64,000 nucleotides of DNA, taken from the IMG/VR virus record IMGVR_UViG_3300036770_008700, positions 32,001 to 96,000 of that record; one strand, 5' to 3'. The notes below the pieces were generated by a model. That model saw nothing but the letters and a program-made list of their open reading frames with translations, searched no databases and was not told the origin of the DNA. Shown here piece by piece: positions 59,563 through 64,000 of the stretch (its first letter is position 1; every line of letters starts with the position of its first letter). Position numbers and translations under genes: made by a program. Source of the stretch: a virus.

Positions 59563-59937
59563 TTAAACTTTTTCAACTGAAGGAGCTGGAAGTTGTGGTG
59601 CAGGTGAGGTAACCACATCACCATATTGAATCTCCAAAACTTCTACCTTCTCATTAGTTGCTTGGATACCATGCTTTACTCCAGCTGTAATAAGTGGATT
59701 GGTGCCAGGAAGAATCTTTTTCTTCATTGCTCCAAGAGTGTAGTCACCACTACCCTTCAAAAACAACCAACTCTTAACACCAAAATCTTGTGTGGTATAA
59801 GTTTCTGTTGCTCTTCCAGCTTCAACCCAAATATACTTCACTTTTACAAATGAAGTTTCCCACAATACTTTTGAACCGCCCCAAGATTGCTTAACACCAA
59901 CCTTGAAAAGCTTTTTAAACCAAGATATCATAAGCAT
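59563..59937 (-). CDS. degenerate cupin (mannose-6-phosphate isomerase C-terminal-like)
   Basis: QSWGG..L..VK.I.V..G..SW..KG.G..ITAGVKHGI..LEIQYG. Confidence 0.6.
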   Translation of the reverse strand: MLMISWFKKLFKVGVKQSWGGSKVLWETSFVKVKYIWVEAGRATETYTTQDFGVKSWLFLKGSGDYTLGAMKKKILPGTNPLITAGVKHGIQATNEKVEVLEIQYGDVVTSPAPQLPAPSVEKV

Positions 59938-60410
59938 CAACTGCCTTTCTTCTTCTTAGTTGCAACAGCTTTTACTGCTTTTGCTGGTAACAACTTTCCC
60001 TTTTTGAAAGGTGATGGTGGAGGAGGAGGAAGTTCTTCCTCTTCATCATCTTCAAAATCGCAAACACATTCATCTTCATATTCTTCACAGTCTGGACAAC
60101 GATCCACATCATCGTCCACACGACCACAAGAACATGGATCACATTCACACTCGCTGCAATAATCTTCTTCACAAGATTTATCACAAGCACCATGAGCTTC
60201 ACCATGCTCACAACAACGAACTGTAACCTTACCAAACTCCTTAAGTGTTAAATCAATTGCTGATTTAACATCTCCAAGACATTCAATGAACTTATTAGAT
60301 ACACTTCCAGTCTTTTCAATTTCTTCGATATCGTTTACAACATCGATCAACAATGATTTTAGGCCACCAACAAACATTCTTGCCTTGAGAGGATGATTTA
60401 CTTTTTGCAT
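59937..60410 (-). CDS. hypothetical protein with Cys/acidic domain and basic tail
   Basis: Start MQKVNH at 60410 after aggag. Confidence 0.7.
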   Translation of the reverse strand: MQKVNHPLKARMFVGGLKSLLIDVVNDIEEIEKTGSVSNKFIECLGDVKSAIDLTLKEFGKVTVRCCEHGEAHGACDKSCEEDYCSECECDPCSCGRVDDDVDRCPDCEEYEDECVCDFEDDEEEELPPPPPSPFKKGKLLPAKAVKAVATKKKKGS

Positions 60411-60430
60411 CTTTTTTCTCCTGTTAATAA

Positions 60431-61429
60431 CTAGCGGCGATATCCAAACGTTACCTTGCTCCAAAACTCATTGGTTGTTCTTGCTCCAACATAAGAATAT
60501 GCTGAACGCAAACCACCAGCAATCTCTTCAACAACAACCCTTGCACTAGGCTTCAAATTGGTTGTAGTGCTTCTACCTTCTGGTGTTGGTAGACCCTTTA
60601 CAGTTTCACGAATAACTGCCATTGCATCCCTTGAAGCCATTCCACGATAAATAGGTCGGTAACTGTGAGTTGTTGCATCATAAATTCTTGAACGCTCTGG
60701 ATTCTCTGGACAACCAGCAAAGAAATATCCACTCATAACCGCTGTTGCTCCAGCACCAATAGCCTTAGCAACATCACCATAAGCCCTTGCACCACCATCA
60801 GCAATAATAGGCTTGTCCGTTGCCTCTGCACAACGTTGCACTGCTGTAAACATTGGTGTATTAACACCCGTTACATTCTTTGTCTCACAGACAAACCCAC
60901 CACCAATACCAACCTTGATAGCATCAGCACCCCATGAATCAAGATCTTTAACAGCTTGTGCTGTTCCTACATTCCCTGCCATAATAAAAATATCACGACC
61001 ATAACGCTCTCTTAGCCATTCAATGGTATTCCTCATCATTTGACTGTGACCGTGAGCAATATCAACAACAAAAAAACGTGCTCCAGCACTGTAAAGAGCT
61101 TGAGTGCGCTCCTGCCAATCACGACTTGTTCCAATAGCTACAAAACATTCTAAACCCTTGTTAGAAGCTACTTGAAGATATGAAAGAACATTGTCAGCAA
61201 TAGGAAGAAAACGATGAATAGCTCCACAGGCTCCAGACTCAAATAGAACCTTTGCCATCTCACCTTCTGTTACTGTATCCATGTTAGCAGAAATAACAGG
61301 AACTTGCAACTTCAGCTTTGCATTCGAATCACTGCTTTCTAGTGTAACACTAGTATCTACCTCAGAACGAGTAAAAATATCAGAAAAACTTGGATGAATA
61401 AAAACGTCGTCATACTCGTAATGAATCAT
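60431..61429 (-). CDS. GMP reductase / IMP dehydrogenase family (no CBS domains)
   Basis: ISANMDTVT, VDIAHGHS, AGNV, KVGIGGG..C.T, IIADGG, YRGMAS, GGLRSAYSYVGA. Confidence 0.92.
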   Translation of the reverse strand: MIHYEYDDVFIHPSFSDIFTRSEVDTSVTLESSDSNAKLKLQVPVISANMDTVTEGEMAKVLFESGACGAIHRFLPIADNVLSYLQVASNKGLECFVAIGTSRDWQERTQALYSAGARFFVVDIAHGHSQMMRNTIEWLRERYGRDIFIMAGNVGTAQAVKDLDSWGADAIKVGIGGGFVCETKNVTGVNTPMFTAVQRCAEATDKPIIADGGARAYGDVAKAIGAGATAVMSGYFFAGCPENPERSRIYDATTHSYRPIYRGMASRDAMAVIRETVKGLPTPEGRSTTTNLKPSARVVVEEIAGGLRSAYSYVGARTTNEFWSKVTFGYRR

Positions 61430-61487
61430 GTATAATCCTTTCTATCCAACACTACCAGAACTTAAAAAAGAAGTCTAGTTATTTGAT

Positions 61488-61901
61488 ATGAAACTCACAA
61501 AAGAAAACGTTGAAAAAATCACTAAATTCGCAAAACATTGCATTAAAGAACTTGGCCTTAAAGGTAAAATCAAAATCACTTTAGCTAAACGTCAAACAGG
61601 CATGCCAACAGCAGGATATTTTGATCCTAATACCTGCGAAGTATTTGTGGCTGTGAATAATCGTGCTATAGCAGATGTTATGCGTACAATAGCTCACGAA
61701 CTAACTCACTGCCGCCAACAACAACAAGGAGCAGATTTCCCTCATGATGATGAAGGTCTTCAACCGCTGGAGGATGAAGCAAACACCATGAGCGGGCGTC
61801 TAGTGAGGTTTTATGGAAGAAAAAACCGTGACATATACGCAGATCTTATTACTGAAAGTCTAAAAAGACTCCTATACTCCAATCGCTCTCCAAAATTTTA
61901 A
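61488..61901 (+). CDS. zincin-like metallopeptidase
   Basis: RTIAHELTHCRQ and EDEAN. Confidence 0.75.
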   Translation: MKLTKENVEKITKFAKHCIKELGLKGKIKITLAKRQTGMPTAGYFDPNTCEVFVAVNNRAIADVMRTIAHELTHCRQQQQGADFPHDDEGLQPLEDEANTMSGRLVRFYGRKNRDIYADLITESLKRLLYSNRSPKF

Positions 61902-61971
61902 AGAATCATCAATAAAATATTCTTTCCATAAAAAGTATTTATGGAAAGACTTTAAATAGGAAAATAGTCAA

Positions 61972-63627
61972 ATGAAAAAAATAAAACTATTACATATTCT
62001 TTTTGAAGGTGAAGTTAAACCTTTCGGTGGTAACGAATTAGTTGAAAAAATTTATAAAGATGCTATTGCTTGGAGAGAAAAAAATCAACAAAATTACGAA
62101 ACAATGCCAGTTGAAACGGATAGACTAAAACCGACTCAAAAAGAAACTGAAGAGAAAAAATATAACACCACTCTTGGTCAAGTTTTAAACTTGCAAAGCA
62201 GAGATATTTTAAATGGCGCTGTAGCACTAAACTTTTTGAATCTTCAAAATTCCAAAATTCCAGATTGGGCACAAAAAAGTTTTGATTTGAGAACAAGGAG
62301 TTTCACACAGCAATTTCTTCAGAATTATACTAATGTTCTAAATGAAAGTCAATTGTCGTTGACGGTTATTTTTGCAAAACTAAGTGCCAATAAAACTTCA
62401 ATGGGTGCGTTTTACACGAATTTTTTTAAATCCGACTCAGGTTTTATAATGCAAATTGATCCTGGGATTGAAGAGACGGAGATAAAACCAACAATTCGTC
62501 ACGAATTGCAACACGGATCGCAAAATATAAATGGCATGGCATTACAATACGCTAGAGCTCTAAAAAATCCAAAACTTACAGATATATCACAACTGCAAGT
62601 TATTGATACGAAAGGCGATGCTAAAGGAGCTTATGGGGTTGCAAAGGCTGTAACGGGTTTAAGACAAGGAAGAGAAGCCGAAGCTTCTGCTCAAAGATTT
62701 GCAGCCTCAAAAGAAGCCTCAAGTGATGCTGGAATGCAAGAATTTATTGCTAGTTTAAAACAAAATCCAAAATATCTTGCTTATCTTGGAGATGATTTTG
62801 AATATACAACTTGGAAAAGTGATATTTTAGATCAAGTTATGAAAACTGTTAGAACATATGAAAGTCTTTTTCTTCAAAAATTGCAAAAAATCAATATTAA
62901 TCTAACTGGAAAAGTTTTGGCAAAGCCGCAGGTTTATAGGAACTTGTCTTCCGATGAGAGGCAGTCTTACAAACCATTAATCCAACAATCGATAAAATTA
63001 CAAGAATCATCAGGTTTTAATTTTTTAACAAGAGAATCAACTAGCATCAATGATTTAGCAAATCTGTTAACAAAAGACTTGATTGAAAATGCTGAAGCAT
63101 TAACAGGTAATCGAGCTTCGGCATTTTTTGTTAGCACTATAATGAAACTTAAACCAAGAGAGTTTGCAAAAAATATCTCAATAGATTTAACAAAACGTTT
63201 GGTTGATTATGCTAAAGAAAAAGGATTAAACTTAGCAGCAAATTCTGATACTGTTACTCCACAACAAAGAGGTTTGGGGCAACAAGCTGTATCAAAACAA
63301 CAAGCAGCACAACAAAGAGCACAACAACAAGCAGCCCAACAAAGAGCACAAACTGTAGCTCAACAGCAAAAAGTCGCTTCTGCTAATCTTCAAAAACAAA
63401 AAGAAGAAGCTTTTAGAGAACAAATGAATATGGTTCCTAGAAATACAAGAAAACATGCACCTAACGATAATTTTGATGAGGATACAGGACGACGAATCGT
63501 TGAACCAGAACAGTACAGACAACAATTTCAACAATGGCTACAAACTCAAAATAATCAATCTGTTACACCTTCAGCATTGGCAGAAGGAAGAATGAAGAAT
63601 TTCGTAAGGTATCTTTTTGATTTATAA
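61972..63627 (+). CDS. large HExxH-containing protein with Q/A-rich tail
   Basis: TIRHELQHGSQ; N-terminal MKKIKLLHILFE. Confidence 0.7.
   Translation: MKKIKLLHILFEGEVKPFGGNELVEKIYKDAIAWREKNQQNYETMPVETDRLKPTQKETEEKKYNTTLGQVLNLQSRDILNGAVALNFLNLQNSKIPDWAQKSFDLRTRSFTQQFLQNYTNVLNESQLSLTVIFAKLSANKTSMGAFYTNFFKSDSGFIMQIDPGIEETEIKPTIRHELQHGSQNINGMALQYARALKNPKLTDISQLQVIDTKGDAKGAYGVAKAVTGLRQGREAEASAQRFAASKEASSDAGMQEFIASLKQNPKYLAYLGDDFEYTTWKSDILDQVMKTVRTYESLFLQKLQKININLTGKVLAKPQVYRNLSSDERQSYKPLIQQSIKLQESSGFNFLTRESTSINDLANLLTKDLIENAEALTGNRASAFFVSTIMKLKPREFAKNISIDLTKRLVDYAKEKGLNLAANSDTVTPQQRGLGQQAVSKQQAAQQRAQQQAAQQRAQTVAQQQKVASANLQKQKEEAFREQMNMVPRNTRKHAPNDNFDEDTGRRIVEPEQYRQQFQQWLQTQNNQSVTPSALAEGRMKNFVRYLFDL
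63298..63351 (+). repeat. 27-bp tandem duplication encoding QQAAQQRAQ twice
   Basis: caacaagcagc(a/c)caacaaagagcacaa twice, one mismatch. Confidence 0.85.
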
Positions 63628-63638
63628 GTCTTGATGAA

Positions 63639-64000
63639 CTAACAAATTTTTTCTACTGCTCTCCAAAAACGGCTTGGTCCGTCCAACAAATATTCTTCTA
63701 TTTTACTAATTTCCTGATTAATCCAAGCTTCTTTTGCGTGAAGTACATTGTCATTTACTATTGGGGTACCTCCTAAAAGTTTAGATTCAGTATAGATACG
63801 GCTGCCCACATCCATATCTCTAGGAAAAAATACTAATCCCTTACTCCTGGCTAGCTCTTCCAAAAACTGTTCGTTCGAAAGATTCTTTAAAAGAACATAT
63901 TCCATATTACGTTCCTTGCAATACTTCACCGCATCCTCTGTGCCTTTAATCCAACTGTCTGAATCAAGAATAGCCCAACGATCTTGAACTTCTAATTCTC
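63639..64000 (-). CDS. partial GT-B glycosyltransferase-like protein (5' end outside window)
   Basis: Frame open to the window edge; WIKG, LARSKGLVFFP..D..SR...ESKLLG. Confidence 0.6.
   Translation of the reverse strand, partial: ELEVQDRWAILDSDSWIKGTEDAVKYCKERNMEYVLLKNLSNEQFLEELARSKGLVFFPRDMDVGSRIYTESKLLGGTPIVNDNVLHAKEAWINQEISKIEEYLLDGPSRFWRAVEKIC

Noticed and set aside
1-64000. Stop-codon reassignment
   Set aside because: Long intact ORFs under the standard code, with TAA, TAG and TGA all used as gene ends.
1-64000. tRNA, rRNA or a recognisable structured ncRNA
   Set aside because: Intergenic gaps are short and no cloverleaf or known RNA motif was seen by eye; a covariance-model search would be needed to exclude them.

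Overview
AT-rich (roughly 35% GC by eye), gene-dense segment of a large (jumbo/huge) tailed phage with a contractile tail, read in the standard code, with most genes on the minus strand. From left to right it contains: (1) an accessory region at 1-13 kb with an amidoligase, Dps, an R-S-E type ADP-ribosyltransferase, a RuvC-like resolvase, TnsA/gp4-like nucleases and a tandem array of four ~98-aa paralogs with GC-rich hypervariable cores; (2) a ~29 kb baseplate/tail operon at 13-42.5 kb with gp6-, gp7-, gp25- and gp5-like genes and LamG proteins; (3) a gp55-like sigma factor; (4) a ~15 kb nucleotide-sugar/glycosyltransferase cluster (Gmd, DegT/Per, methyltransferases, GT2/GT4/GT10-like); (5) a Cas4/RecB-like nuclease, GMP reductase/IMPDH and HExxH proteins. 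Four free-standing homing-endonuclease-like genes lie between 4 and 17 kb. Main observations: two endonucleases sit beside displaced, divergent remnants of the terminus of the neighbouring gene (Dps 5' end, RuvC 3' end) and a third is flanked by a 21-bp direct repeat; the paralog array has internal NNC/GCC-rich variable cassettes; and a subset of virion proteins is strongly enriched in (S/T)-G-S next to the glycosylation cluster. No tRNA, rRNA, CRISPR array, integrase or reverse transcriptase was recognised. Product calls come from motif recognition by eye, not database searches, and all counts are hand counts.
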